Shown one piece after another: positions 26,838 to 37,621 of a stretch of 64,000 nucleotides of DNA. The DNA lies in the NCBI GenBank assembly GCA_963663965.2, contig CAXXFK010000019.1, forward strand, positions 32,001 to 96,000, in the 5' to 3' direction. The translations under genes and the position numbers were made by a program. This stretch comes from Sedimentisphaerales bacterium (lineage in GTDB: Bacteria > Planctomycetota > Phycisphaerae > Sedimentisphaerales > SM23-30). The notes below the pieces were generated by a model that did no database searches, was not told the origin of the DNA, and was given only the letters and a program-made list of their open reading frames with translations. How positions within the stretch are numbered: position 1 is the first letter of the stretch; each line of letters begins with the position of its first letter.

Positions 26838-27950
26838 ATGAATACGATAAAATCATATCATAACTTCTATTTGATTGTCGCCATCTCACTGGCGGGTATG
26901 GTTTCAACCAGTTACGCCTACGACCATTACCATGCCAGCGGTAAAAACCTGATCTGGGGTGGCAAAGCCATGAACTGGCGCGCAGGCAAAAACAGTTTCC
27001 AGTCCGGCACTGGCTGGCGGGAAGAACTCCAGGAGGCGAACGCCCGCTGGAATGAGGCACCGGGCAATTTTACTTTTGGTATCCGCAACTGGAACGAAAA
27101 ATACGTTGGTCGTTATAATGGCCAGAATGAAATCTGGTTCACTGATAAACAGAGTGTGCTGGATGGCGCCCCGGCGCGCACGATCTATACCTATAACGCG
27201 ATTTCCGCACGATTCATTGAAGCGGATGTCGTTTTTGACAGTGATGTAAAGTGGTCCAAGACAAACACGCAATCCACGAAGACCCCTTATGGCGGCGAAT
27301 GGCGGCCCTGGGGCAATACCGCGATGCATGAATTTGGTCACGTACTGGGTTTAGCTCATGTCGATTATGAATACAATATCATGGGGGAAGACTGGGACCA
27401 TATCCATGCCAATAATGGTAAAGTGCGGTTTTATGCCGGTGAAGATGCCGGGCGTGGTGAAGTTCATCTCTATGGTCAGACAACCACCAGCAAGAAAAAC
27501 GACCTGGGCGCTACCCATTGGAAATATGGCAATGCCGATGGCGAATACAGCGAACATATCCCCTGTAAGCTCTATAGCAGTGGGGGGGGCTCGGTGATCT
27601 ATAATGATACCTATGCCGGGGCATTGCGATTTCATGTCAGTGCCGGCGGGACGTATCAGGCGCAATTCACCCTGGAAAACAATGGCTATTACACCCTGGA
27701 AAATATCAAAGTGGCCTATTATATTTCCACCAATGATAACATCACCACTCTGGACCGGCTGATCAAAACCCGGACGATCAAGATGGGGCCTGACGATGTT
27801 TATACGACCAAGTATTCCGTGACGATTCCCGGCGATCTGACCGTTGGGCAAACCTACTGGCTGGGTGTGATTGTGGATTACACCGGTAGTATTACTGAAT
27901 TTTGCGAATCCAATAATGCCACCTGGCTGCAAATCAAAGTAATTAACTGA
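26838..27950 (+). CDS. Secreted metzincin (matrixin-like) zinc metalloprotease with CARDB-like domain
   Basis: HEFGHVLGLAH zinc motif, NIM Met-turn, and C-terminal YWLGVIVD...EFCESNN. Confidence 0.88.
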   Translation: MNTIKSYHNFYLIVAISLAGMVSTSYAYDHYHASGKNLIWGGKAMNWRAGKNSFQSGTGWREELQEANARWNEAPGNFTFGIRNWNEKYVGRYNGQNEIWFTDKQSVLDGAPARTIYTYNAISARFIEADVVFDSDVKWSKTNTQSTKTPYGGEWRPWGNTAMHEFGHVLGLAHVDYEYNIMGEDWDHIHANNGKVRFYAGEDAGRGEVHLYGQTTTSKKNDLGATHWKYGNADGEYSEHIPCKLYSSGGGSVIYNDTYAGALRFHVSAGGTYQAQFTLENNGYYTLENIKVAYYISTNDNITTLDRLIKTRTIKMGPDDVYTTKYSVTIPGDLTVGQTYWLGVIVDYTGSITEFCESNNATWLQIKVIN

Positions 27951-27975
27951 TAGCGATCCGCCTGTCCCAAAAATA

Positions 27976-28009
27976 AAGCGGGATTCTCTAATGGAGAATC
28001 CCGCCTTTT
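27976..28009. terminator. Bidirectional terminator
   Basis: aaagcgggattctc-taatg-gagaatcccgcctttt between convergent genes. Confidence 0.75.
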
Positions 28010-28478
28010 ACGACATGCGTATAAAAGACAGAGGTTATTCTCTGGATTTTTCCCAGTCATTGGCCAGTTCGGCACGGATCGCTTCTATATCCAGTTGATT
28101 GATATAATCAATTAAATTCTGCCAGATTCCATGAAATCCGAATCCCCCCTCAATCATTTCCTGGATTGCCTCTTCTTGGGTCCAGCCCTGCTCTACGATC
28201 CGGTAAATTGCGCACAGGGTTCCGGTGCGGTCTGCCCCGTGCTGGCAGTGGACAAAAACCGGTCCGGCATCTGGATCCGTCACGATCTGCAGGAAACGAA
28301 TCACTTCCTTGTGTTCGGGATGCCATGCTTTCATGGTGATGTGTTCATATAGCAAGTCTGCTCCTTTTAGCTCATCCTGATCAGAATGGAACGAACGCAA
28401 GTTGACTACGGTCTTGATACCAAATTTTTCCAGCGCCCGCATTCCTTCCGAAGTTGGCTGAGCTCCGCGATATAAGTA

Positions 28479-30306
28479 GAGCCTGTCCGCAATTCTTGGA
28501 TTTTGTGAGCCGCGGTTTTGGGAGGACGGATTTTCAATCGTATCATCAGTAGATGACGGCTGGCGTCCAGGTTATTTTCGTTCAGCGGGTGATTTTCCGA
28601 TTTCTGCGCATAGTAGCCCCATAAACAGGGCAAGCCGGGGTGGTTTTAAGCCACTTTTTGTCGTTCTTTTTCCCGTTCTTCCTCTTGAGCCAGCTTAATT
28701 CTGGCCAATACCCAGAGGTTGTGCGATAAAATGCTCAGGCCCATATGGACTTGGCGGTGATCAAAGCCTTTTTGTTTCATGGGCGCCCCGCAAAAACCAT
28801 GGCTCAGGATGCTGATTCGGGCTTCGGTCTGACTGCGGCGAGTCTGAGCCTGCCGGAACGGCTCTTCCTGAAGCCTTTCCTTCAGCAAGGCCGGGCTGAG
28901 CGGACAAACCGCATTAAAAATATCGTGACTTTCCATGTATTGGCGATTCCCGGCGCTGTCGAAGCCCCGATCGCCGGCCAACAGCTTGACTTGATTACCA
29001 AGCTTCTCTTCCATACGCCGGTGGCTGGCTTTAAGCATTTTTTCATCGCTGGGACCTTGCTGACGAAATAACTTCCAGTCCATGATTAAGCCATTGGATT
29101 GTTCGGCCAGATAAAGTTGGTTGCCAAATTCCGTCTCCGCGCCGGCCTTGCGGCGCACGATCACATGGATATCCGGCTCGTAAAGGCTCAAGATCTTGTC
29201 TGGATTGGCAACCTTGCGTTCGCCGATCATGCGTTCGTGAGCCTGCCTGACCACGGCGGCCAACTGACAGGTCACGCCGGTAATCTGTTTGACGATTTGC
29301 CGGACGGAACCGAGAGCGATATCGGCCTTTTTCCAGTGGTTTTCCAGGTTTTTCAGATGATTTTCCGCATGATTCAAGACCCGCCGGATCAGTTTTTTCA
29401 TCTTTCGCAAAACCGCTTTACGCAGTTTTTTCGCGCCCTTTTTGCGGTTAACATAGGTCATCTCCATGCAGAGCTTATTCATGTTTGAAATAAACTTAGC
29501 CGGCTCGCAAGGCATGCGACACAGGATCCCGGCTTTACGAATACGGGCCGTCGCCTTCATCAAGGTACGGGTCGCATCTCTAAACAGCAGCCAGTCGATC
29601 GGATAATGAATGTGGGCGCCAATGCAGGTACAGTCAAAATAAGCCTGACTGAAATCCAGGGGGTCCTCCAAAACAACCGAACCCTGGGCCACTTGAAAAA
29701 ACAGTTCTTCCGCCTGAGCGATTAACTGAGGCGAAAGCGCGTTTTCCAACTCGTTGATTCTGGTTTTGCCGGGGATCCGGGGCAGATCAAAGCGGTTAAT
29801 GCCGCAAAACCACTGATACAGTTCGCTATGAGACAAGGCCACGGCAAATTTACGCAACGACAAACCCAGCCGCTTACGCAGGATCGACATCCGTAACGCC
29901 CAAACGGCCTGGGCACGAATATTCATGCGATCCGTATGGGTTAATTTAACCGGCGTGTCAGTGCCAAAGTACTCGATGGCCATTTCAGCGTAAGCTTTGT
30001 CGAGAAAATACTGGAGAAACAACTGCTCCAGATCGCTGTGGCGGATGATCTGGTCCATGGCCAGCAACTGCTGGCGTTCCTGGCGATACTCCAGACAGCC
30101 AAATTCTTCCGGAATACCTTTGTCAAACAACTGCTGAACGGGTAAAATCTCTGGCATAGGTGTGTTCCCTTTTTTAAGGAAAAATGATTCGCAAAACATT
30201 TTATAACACACCTATTTTACGGTTTTGACCCAAAATAGCACGCTATAACTCCGACTCTTTTACATAATCTTTTGAAATCTATAGGGTTAAAGCTACGGAC
30301 AGGCTC
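28479..30306 (-). mobile_element. IS5-like/ISNCY insertion sequence, 1828 bp
   Basis: TIRs gagcctgtccg and cggacaggctc, with a 6-bp direct repeat TAAGTA at 28473-28478 and 30307-30312. Confidence 0.92.
28646..30157 (-). CDS. DDE transposase (IS5-like)
   Basis: Motifs FDCT...IHYPID, KILSLYEPD, KAGAETEFG, GDRGF and RRSQTEARI. The ORF lies between the TIRs. Confidence 0.9.
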   Translation of the reverse strand: MPEILPVQQLFDKGIPEEFGCLEYRQERQQLLAMDQIIRHSDLEQLFLQYFLDKAYAEMAIEYFGTDTPVKLTHTDRMNIRAQAVWALRMSILRKRLGLSLRKFAVALSHSELYQWFCGINRFDLPRIPGKTRINELENALSPQLIAQAEELFFQVAQGSVVLEDPLDFSQAYFDCTCIGAHIHYPIDWLLFRDATRTLMKATARIRKAGILCRMPCEPAKFISNMNKLCMEMTYVNRKKGAKKLRKAVLRKMKKLIRRVLNHAENHLKNLENHWKKADIALGSVRQIVKQITGVTCQLAAVVRQAHERMIGERKVANPDKILSLYEPDIHVIVRRKAGAETEFGNQLYLAEQSNGLIMDWKLFRQQGPSDEKMLKASHRRMEEKLGNQVKLLAGDRGFDSAGNRQYMESHDIFNAVCPLSPALLKERLQEEPFRQAQTRRSQTEARISILSHGFCGAPMKQKGFDHRQVHMGLSILSHNLWVLARIKLAQEEEREKERQKVA

Positions 30307-30699
30307 TAAGTAGTCGGATACCCGATGAAAATTGCCGACGCCTTCCAATTCCAGCGGGATTGCCCATGCCTTATCTTGTTTCGGAATGTCCGACATTTTC
30401 CGAATTTCATTACCGGAAAACAGGCCGGTTTCATGGCGATAAGAACAACACAGATAGCCGCTGGTAAATCCAAGCGCCAGTAGAACTGTCATTAGAAAGA
30501 TGGTGGGAATTCTGCGATTGAATATCATCAGCACTTAAGCCCGCTTAAATATATGGTTTGTCCAAAACCACTGGCAATATATCTTGATATGTTGCTCTCA
30601 TTAGCTGGAATAGAAAAAAATAGATCACTTTCTCTTGGCCGTCTTACCGTGAAAAGAGACCCCTTAAGGGTTAAGTTCCTCTTTATTATGCCAATAATT

Positions 30700-31524
30700 T
30701 TATTCCACCTCCGGAGTGTCTGGCAATGGCATAATTTCGACTAATCGGAATTCCACCGGATGACTTTCTGCCTGTAATGATATATAACCTCCGGTTAAAA
30801 GCTTTTCGCCATGACGGGCTTCAATCAATTTTTTCGCGTCACTATCCGATTCATCCAGTTGAGGTTGCTCATATTCCAGAACCAGCTGGCCTTCAGCAAA
30901 ATGGCGAATGACCTTGCCGCCATGAACCTCGATTTCCGCGTGGACCCACTGATCGCCGTGATAGGTCTCCGATTTCGAATTAATGCAATGGGTCTTTTCC
31001 AGTTGTCCATTCATGACGACATGGGTACCGGGGGTACACAGGTTCATGGTTGGCCGGGGATCGGTTCCGTTGCCGCCCAGGAGTTGGACTTCGATACAAA
31101 CCGGAAAATCCTGATCCTTCCGCATCGTTGCCGGATCCTGACAGTGGATCATGATACCGCTGTTGCGGAAGGCCCAGCCTGGTCCGTTAGGCGCCTGTTC
31201 GCCAGTGAAACGGTATTCGATCCGCATTTTGTAATTGCTGTAAGGAGTTTTATAAAATAGATGTCCGAAATGGCCGCCAAAATCCTGGTATTGATCGAAC
31301 GAGACTTTCAGAATACCCTCTTCGACCCGAAAGGTATTGCCGTAATTCTCACCCAATTCGAAGCCGGTAATTTTCGGGGTCCAGCCATCCAGATTCTTGC
31401 CGTTAAACATTGGGATCCATTGAGGGGCCTGATTCTCCGGCTGACTGGAACAGCCCGGAAACAGAATAATCAAAGAAAATATTACGATCAGACCCGAATA
31501 CCATCTGTTCATCTTTTGATTCAT
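30700..31524 (-). CDS. DUF1080 / 3-keto-disaccharide hydrolase domain lipoprotein
   Basis: Motifs FNGKNLDGW, NSGI, EVQLL and GYISLQAESHPVEFR, with a lipobox-like FPGC. Confidence 0.88.
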   Translation of the reverse strand: MNQKMNRWYSGLIVIFSLIILFPGCSSQPENQAPQWIPMFNGKNLDGWTPKITGFELGENYGNTFRVEEGILKVSFDQYQDFGGHFGHLFYKTPYSNYKMRIEYRFTGEQAPNGPGWAFRNSGIMIHCQDPATMRKDQDFPVCIEVQLLGGNGTDPRPTMNLCTPGTHVVMNGQLEKTHCINSKSETYHGDQWVHAEIEVHGGKVIRHFAEGQLVLEYEQPQLDESDSDAKKLIEARHGEKLLTGGYISLQAESHPVEFRLVEIMPLPDTPEVE

Positions 31525-31881
31525 TGTACAGTCCTCTCAATTCATTTTAAATTACCTGGCAATCTGTTTTGCTAATTGAAATTAGCCCTTCAGTTTCTCA
31601 TTATAGAAGGTGTGAACCATTACGCCAGCATAATCCAGATGATGGATGCTCGCCAGATTATGCCTGGTCAGTTATTATCCGGTTTCAAGCGACTGTATAA
31701 CCAGTCAGAGTTGCGCATTATTGAGTTCTCAGAATAAAAAAATGCCAGAATAATTTGACGTTTATCAGATGAAGTCTATAGCGGATACCAAAAAAAAATG
31801 GCATTTTTCATATTATATGCCATAATATCCTCCTGATCGTTTCGAATATCTGAATGATAGTTGTATAAACAGGATGAAAAA

Positions 31882-33312
31882 ATGGCACAGACCAATAAAA
31901 GTCGCATTGAAGCCGCGATCAAAAGATTGCGTAAGTATAATCAGGAACATGTGTTACAGTTTATTGACGAAATTTCTCCTGAACAGAAACTCCTTCTGCT
32001 GGCTGATGTCGAGGCCCTGGATATGGATATGATTCAGGAACTCATTGACCAGTATGTTGTCAATGAGCCCGTCATGGAACTTCCGCATGAAATCGTTCCC
32101 CCTGAAGTATACCCCGCCATTCCAACTTCTGAACTCAAGGATCGTTATTGCAAAGCCCGCGAGTTGGGTGAGCGTTTGATTGCCGAACATAAAGTGGCTG
32201 CCTTTACGGTAGCGGGTGGAATGGGAACCCGGCTGAACTTCAACGGTCCCAAAGGCAATGTCCCGGCCACTCCCGTCCGCAGCAAGACGCTCTTTCAGGT
32301 CTTTGCAGAAGGCATTCTTGCCAATCAGCGTCGTTATAACTCAATTATTCCCTGGTATATTATGACCAGCCCGGCCAACCACGATGACACCGTAGCCGCG
32401 TTTAAAAACAATGGCTATTTCGGACTTGATCCTGATAACGTCAAATTGTTCCCCCAGGGCATGATGCCCTGTTTCAGTATGGATGGCAAAATCCTTCTGG
32501 CAGAAAAATATGAAATTGCCAAATCGCCCGATGGTCACGGCGGTTCACTTCGAGCTCTCTATAATAGTGGTTCCCTTGAAGATATGGCCCGGCGCGGTGT
32601 TGAATATATCAGTTATTTCCAGATTGATAATCCGCTGGTCTATGTGGTCGATCCACTCTTTATCGGCCTGCATGCCCTGGATAATGCCGAAATGTCCAGT
32701 AAAGCAGTAATCAAATGCGATCCACTTGAAAAAGTAGGTAATTTCGCCATTGTGGACGGCCGGATGACAGTGATCGAATACAGCGACCTGCCCGACGAAC
32801 TCGCCTACAAGAAACTGGATAACGGTCGGCTGGCTTTCGAATTTGGCAGTATCGCCATACATGTCATCAGCCGTGATTTTGTCAACCGGATCAATAGCCG
32901 CGGTTTTTCTTTGCCCTGGCATCGCGCCATTAAAAAAGTGCCATACATTGATAGTAGTGGCAATCTGGTCAAACCGGAAAAAACAAATGCCATCAAATTG
33001 GAAACCTTCGTCTTTGACGGCCTCCCACTGGCTGAGGGCTCAATCGTTTTTGAAATCGATCGGGATGAACAGTTCGGTCCTATTAAAAATGCCCAGGGGG
33101 TTGACAGTATCGAAAGTTCCCAGAGACTCCAGATTGCCCGGGCCGCGCGCTGGCTTCAGGAGGCCGGTGTTGCCATACCGCGCAATCAGGCCGGTGAACC
33201 CGACCTCATGATCGAAATCTCGCCCTGCTTCGCCCTTGATCCCCATGAACTAACCCACAAAAAATCCCAGCTTCGTCCTCTCAAATCAGGCGATATCGTT
33301 TATCTGGGATAA
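31882..33312 (+). CDS. UDPGP type 1 family protein (UDP-N-acetylhexosamine pyrophosphorylase-like)
   Basis: Motifs AGGMGTRL..GPKG, WYIMTS, PDGHGG, IDNPL, EKVG, IEYSD, KLETFVFD and PIKNA. Confidence 0.92.
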   Translation: MAQTNKSRIEAAIKRLRKYNQEHVLQFIDEISPEQKLLLLADVEALDMDMIQELIDQYVVNEPVMELPHEIVPPEVYPAIPTSELKDRYCKARELGERLIAEHKVAAFTVAGGMGTRLNFNGPKGNVPATPVRSKTLFQVFAEGILANQRRYNSIIPWYIMTSPANHDDTVAAFKNNGYFGLDPDNVKLFPQGMMPCFSMDGKILLAEKYEIAKSPDGHGGSLRALYNSGSLEDMARRGVEYISYFQIDNPLVYVVDPLFIGLHALDNAEMSSKAVIKCDPLEKVGNFAIVDGRMTVIEYSDLPDELAYKKLDNGRLAFEFGSIAIHVISRDFVNRINSRGFSLPWHRAIKKVPYIDSSGNLVKPEKTNAIKLETFVFDGLPLAEGSIVFEIDRDEQFGPIKNAQGVDSIESSQRLQIARAARWLQEAGVAIPRNQAGEPDLMIEISPCFALDPHELTHKKSQLRPLKSGDIVYLG

Positions 33313-33529
33313 GTTAAAAATGATTTACTTTCGGGGCATTTAAAAACAGTATGGATGTATGGAAATCGATAATTTATCGGACCAGCCTGTCAACAAAGCG
33401 ATATTGCCTGAAAATGATTGGAATTGACCGGCTTATTAAGTTATAATTATTGATTCTGCCGTTGTGTCTGATCATTTAATAGAATTGTTCCAGTTTTATA
33501 ATGATAATAAAGTATGGAGGATAATGGCA

Positions 33530-34861
33530 ATGCGTAATAAATTGACATGGCTTTTGTTGCTAGTGGGTTTGGTCATCAATTCCAGCTATGGCGCCAATGG
33601 CAACCTCACCGGCGATGGTTCGATAAATTCACCTTACCTGATCCAGGATTACCAGGATTTTGCCGCTTATGTCGATCCCGCCATGTACCCATACTGGGAC
33701 GTTGGCAAACATGTCCGGCTCGAAACCGATCTGGATCTCGATCCTTCCCTGGATGGCCGCGTGATTTATACTTCAGCCGTGATAGGCGGCTTCTTCCAGA
33801 ACCGTCAGAATGATTTTGCCGGATTCTTTCACGGCAACGGCCATACGATCTCCAATACCATCATTCAAGGCGATTTCAGCACTACGGAACTCGGTTTTTT
33901 TGGCAACATTAACGCCGGCGCGGTTTACGAGTTGAATCTGGTTAATTGCCAGATCAAAGCTGCCACGACTTTCGCGTCGGTTGGCATGCTTGCCGGATCG
34001 GTCTCCTTTAATGGGATTATCGAGAATTGTCATGTGGCCGGCGCCATCTCAACCAATTCAACCTTATCCGGAGTCGGTGGGCTGATCGGAGTATGTGCTC
34101 ACGATCCCATTATCCGCTACTGCTCAGCTGATGTGACCTTTACCGTGCCGAACGCCAATACGGCGGGCGGTTTCGTTGGAAATGCCTCCGGTATCATCAG
34201 CTATTGTTTTGCCACGGGGACCGTAACCGGCAGCTCTGATGTGGGTGGTTTTGTCGGTGTCAATACCGGCTATATCAATGCCTGCACTTCCAGTGGCAAC
34301 GTTCAGAGTTCCGCTATAACAATCGGCGGGTTCGCCGGCTCAAACCTGGATGGCAAGATAGTTGACTGTTATACCACCTCTACGGTCAACGGAGGAAAGA
34401 ACATTTTTAATGGCGGTGGGTTTGTCGGTAGTAACAACAGCGGCAAATTCATCCATTGCTATGCCAACAATAATATGTATGGACAGGCTTCATTTTATCT
34501 GGGTAAATTTATCGGTAAAAATTTCCAAGGCGATAATATGCTCGTGAGCTGTTTCTATAATAAAGACACCATTGGGCCCGCCAATGGCGTCGGTGATCCA
34601 GTCAATAGTCCTGGCGTTACTGGCCTGACCACAATCCAGATGGGTGATATAAACAACTTTCTCGATGCCGGTTGGAAATTTACCGGCCATGCCCCGGATT
34701 ATATCCTTCCCGTCTGGGAAATGGCCGATACCCCTCATATCGCCGCTTTGGGCAAAATAGCCATTGACGCGCAAAACTATCAGGTTGGCGACCTGAACAG
34801 TGATAATTCAACGGATATAATCGACCTTGCCATCCTGACACAAAACTGGTTGGCAGAATAG
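33530..34861 (+). CDS. GLUG-motif repeat secreted protein with dockerin-like C-terminus
   Basis: GDGSINSPYLI, repeated VGGFVG..G.I..C, and terminal GDLNSDNSTDIIDLAILTQNWL. Confidence 0.85.
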   Translation: MRNKLTWLLLLVGLVINSSYGANGNLTGDGSINSPYLIQDYQDFAAYVDPAMYPYWDVGKHVRLETDLDLDPSLDGRVIYTSAVIGGFFQNRQNDFAGFFHGNGHTISNTIIQGDFSTTELGFFGNINAGAVYELNLVNCQIKAATTFASVGMLAGSVSFNGIIENCHVAGAISTNSTLSGVGGLIGVCAHDPIIRYCSADVTFTVPNANTAGGFVGNASGIISYCFATGTVTGSSDVGGFVGVNTGYINACTSSGNVQSSAITIGGFAGSNLDGKIVDCYTTSTVNGGKNIFNGGGFVGSNNSGKFIHCYANNNMYGQASFYLGKFIGKNFQGDNMLVSCFYNKDTIGPANGVGDPVNSPGVTGLTTIQMGDINNFLDAGWKFTGHAPDYILPVWEMADTPHIAALGKIAIDAQNYQVGDLNSDNSTDIIDLAILTQNWLAE

Positions 34862-34902
34862 AAGCTCTAACGCAAGTAGATACTGTTTTATCTGGATAAA
34901 TT

Positions 34903-36291
34903 ATGTATATAAAAAAATGCCTGATTCTGGGTCTGTTCGTATCATATTGTCTGGGCGCGGATTTCTACGTCGCACCCAATGGCAGTAACAATAACACCGG
35001 AGCCATCGATTCCCCCTGGCACGATCTCACTCATGCCGCTGCCCAGGTCAAGCCGGGTGATACGATCTTGATTCGCGGGGGTGTCTATCGCAATTCCCAG
35101 CAAATTAACAGTGGCAATGGCGCCCAATCGGGAACCGAAGAGAATCCCATCAAAATTGTTAATTATCCCGAGGAAACGCCCCGGTTTCTCGGTTCACAAA
35201 ATTTCAGCTCACTGAAACAATGGTATCAAGTATCCGACTTCGTATGGCGCACGGAAGAAAAATCCATTCCCGCCTATGATGTCGGTTGTGTCTGGCACGA
35301 TGAACAACCCTCCGAACAGAAAACCGCCCTTGACCAGTTAAAATCCCCCTGGGATTTCTGGTTCGACGTTGAGCATCAATGTATCTATCTGCGTTGTGAT
35401 TCCAATCCTGCCGCTATGGCACGATCCATCGAAATCCCTGTGGCCAAGCAATGGGAACACTGGATCCGCTTGAGTGGTGTGCATCATTGGATTCTGGATG
35501 GCCTGACGATTAAATACACCAATACACATGGCATCGCCATGTCCGGCGTCCACCATATCACCATTCGCAACTGTACGGTTTCTCACGGTGGTGGCGCCTG
35601 GATCTGGGAAAATCAGCCCGTTCGTTATGGCAACGCCATCGAACTATGGAGTTCCGGCCACGATATTCTGGTAGAAAACTGCAATATCTCCCATTACTTC
35701 GACACTGGTTTTACCAATCAGGGCGACAGCGGCGATCAGTATAATATTTTTGTGCGTAACAACCATTTCCACCACGTCAAATGTGCCCTGGAACACTGGG
35801 CTACTCAAACAACCAATGTGCGTGATGTCTATTACGAAAACAATATCATTGAATATACCGGCGATAACTGGGCCAACAATTTACAAAATGTCTGGGGCGC
35901 CGTCCGTTTAATGCGTTTTCATCCCAATGGCCAGGGAGCCGATATCCCCAATACCGGTACCGTCGAAAAATTCTACGTCCGAAATAATATTATTAAACAG
36001 TGTGGTTCTTCGACAGGAGGCATGCTGCAAGCCGAATCGCCCTTTTATGAACACCCCGCCATTCGCGCTATCGGCGGCCCTTTTTCCATCGAAAATAACA
36101 TCATCGTCGATAGTCCCGCGGAAGGGATATACGCGTCAAATGGTTTTTATGGCGTCATTCGTGATAACTTGATTGTTAACAGCCACTGGTCAGGCATCCA
36201 TACCAAAGCGATATCGGATAACGCTGTTATTCAAAACAATACCCTCACAAACTGTGGCGATGCGACTCATCCGAACTATTTAAAAGAATAA
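34903..36291 (+). CDS. Secreted right-handed parallel beta-helix protein
   Basis: FYVAPNGS..NTG..DSPW, PGDTILIRGGVY, and repeated IRNC/VENC/NN motifs. Confidence 0.85.
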   Translation: MYIKKCLILGLFVSYCLGADFYVAPNGSNNNTGAIDSPWHDLTHAAAQVKPGDTILIRGGVYRNSQQINSGNGAQSGTEENPIKIVNYPEETPRFLGSQNFSSLKQWYQVSDFVWRTEEKSIPAYDVGCVWHDEQPSEQKTALDQLKSPWDFWFDVEHQCIYLRCDSNPAAMARSIEIPVAKQWEHWIRLSGVHHWILDGLTIKYTNTHGIAMSGVHHITIRNCTVSHGGGAWIWENQPVRYGNAIELWSSGHDILVENCNISHYFDTGFTNQGDSGDQYNIFVRNNHFHHVKCALEHWATQTTNVRDVYYENNIIEYTGDNWANNLQNVWGAVRLMRFHPNGQGADIPNTGTVEKFYVRNNIIKQCGSSTGGMLQAESPFYEHPAIRAIGGPFSIENNIIVDSPAEGIYASNGFYGVIRDNLIVNSHWSGIHTKAISDNAVIQNNTLTNCGDATHPNYLKE

Positions 36292-36293
36292 CT

Positions 36294-36953
36294 TCAGTCA
36301 CAAAGATCCAGCCAGTTCTCAGCCAGTTTGACCAGATCGGCAGAATCGATCACACAATCATAATTCAGATCGCCCGGCAGATCCTCACCGCTAACCAGCC
36401 AGCCATCAGAGAGCCGCAGAAATTCAACGAGATTGACTGGCAATAAATTCCGTCCGGGACAATCGCAACTATCTCCAATACCATCGTTATCATGATCCAG
36501 TTGATCCTGGTTCGACTGCCCTGGACAATTATCCAGATCGTCATTGATACCATCTCCATCTGAATCCACGCATCCCACCGATGTTCCGGTCCACGACCGG
36601 AATCCGCCCAGCATGTCATAGATCCCGCTGAATCCCTTCCCATCCAGGTAGGTTGCCGCGCTGTTGCTTCGGCCGCCGCTCTGGCAATAAATCAAAACCG
36701 GTCCGGCTTGTGGCAGTTCGCTGTAACGTAATTGAAAAACTCCGGAATTCCAGGGCAGATTAATGGCGCCGGGGATATGGCCATTGCAATAATCATTGGT
36801 TTCCCTGACATCCACAATCGTCAGTTCCGGTTCATGGGCGATCAATTCAATGGCATCGGTCACACTGATATTCGTATGTGCCCAAGTGATACCCGGAAGA
36901 ATCAGATTCAGCGCCACAACAAACAAGCCCGATAATATAAAGGTCCGTTTCAT
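36294..36953 (-). CDS. Secreted rhodanese-domain protein with thrombospondin type 3 repeat and dockerin-like C-terminus
   Basis: Rhodanese motifs DVRE...GHIPGA, YCQSGGRS and GGF..W; repeat DSDGDGINDDLDNCP; terminal GDLNYDCVIDSADL...NWL. Confidence 0.88.
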   Translation of the reverse strand: MKRTFILSGLFVVALNLILPGITWAHTNISVTDAIELIAHEPELTIVDVRETNDYCNGHIPGAINLPWNSGVFQLRYSELPQAGPVLIYCQSGGRSNSAATYLDGKGFSGIYDMLGGFRSWTGTSVGCVDSDGDGINDDLDNCPGQSNQDQLDHDNDGIGDSCDCPGRNLLPVNLVEFLRLSDGWLVSGEDLPGDLNYDCVIDSADLVKLAENWLDLCD

Positions 36954-37198
36954 TTCTGCCTCAATAGAATTCGATTTTGGGAAAGCCGGTCTAATCGGAT
37001 CGACTAACTGTTTATCCTGTACGAATGCTTAAATTATATCAAAAACACCCGTAAAATAAAACAAAATTATCATATTGCCAAATCTCACTGACTTGGGTGA
37101 ATAAAACAAAAAAATAACTTGATAAATATATCAGGGGTATCTGACGATTTTTAGTATGGTTAAGAGTGATTAGACGTTCTCTCAATTGGAGATAAGAA

Positions 37199-37621
37199 AT
37201 GCAAGTTTATCAAATTCCCGGCAAACTGACAGTAACCTGGAATGATGAAGTAAAAGCCATCATTGATACCTGGGATAGCTATTTTGTCACGTTGGATCAA
37301 TTTCGCGAAGCCATCTTCGATAAAGGAGTCACTTTTGCCAAAGGGCGGGGTGTTCAGGCCTGGATCGTCGATTCCTCTCAGGCCAAAGGCGCCTTCTCAC
37401 AGGAAATTCAGGATTTCATCGGATCTGACGTCTTTCCAAAATTCGCTGAAATTGGCGTTAAGTATTTCATTACCATCAATTCTGAAGTCAGTGCGGTTAC
37501 CAAAATGAGCATATCGTCATATTCAGCCAAAACAGGTCCTAACGGTCTGAAACTGGTAGAACTGCATAGCGCGAGTGATGCCATTAAATGGCTTAAAGCC
37601 AATGCTATGGCTGCGGTCTAA
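37199..37621 (+). CDS. Hypothetical protein (possibly SpoIIAA/STAS-SEC14-like)
   Basis: RBS GGAG, 140 aa, with WIVDSS and a terminal 'A.KWL' pattern. Confidence 0.7.
   Translation: MQVYQIPGKLTVTWNDEVKAIIDTWDSYFVTLDQFREAIFDKGVTFAKGRGVQAWIVDSSQAKGAFSQEIQDFIGSDVFPKFAEIGVKYFITINSEVSAVTKMSISSYSAKTGPNGLKLVELHSASDAIKWLKANAMAAV

Larger units (their letters stand above)
28035..30534 (-). pseudogene. Dual-specificity/tyrosine phosphatase-family gene split by an IS (5' part 30307-30534, 3' part 28035-28478)
   Basis: Removing the IS and one TSD copy restores the frame ...GNFHRVSDYL|YRGAQPTSEGMRALEK..., followed by the catalytic motif HCQHGADRTG. Confidence 0.92.

Noticed and set aside
30217..30534. Stand-alone 105-aa gene
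   Set aside because: It is the 5' half of the phosphatase gene reading into the IS end.
31882..33312. Eukaryote-type UDP-sugar pyrophosphorylase as a novelty
   Set aside because: This family is already known in PVC-group and other bacteria.
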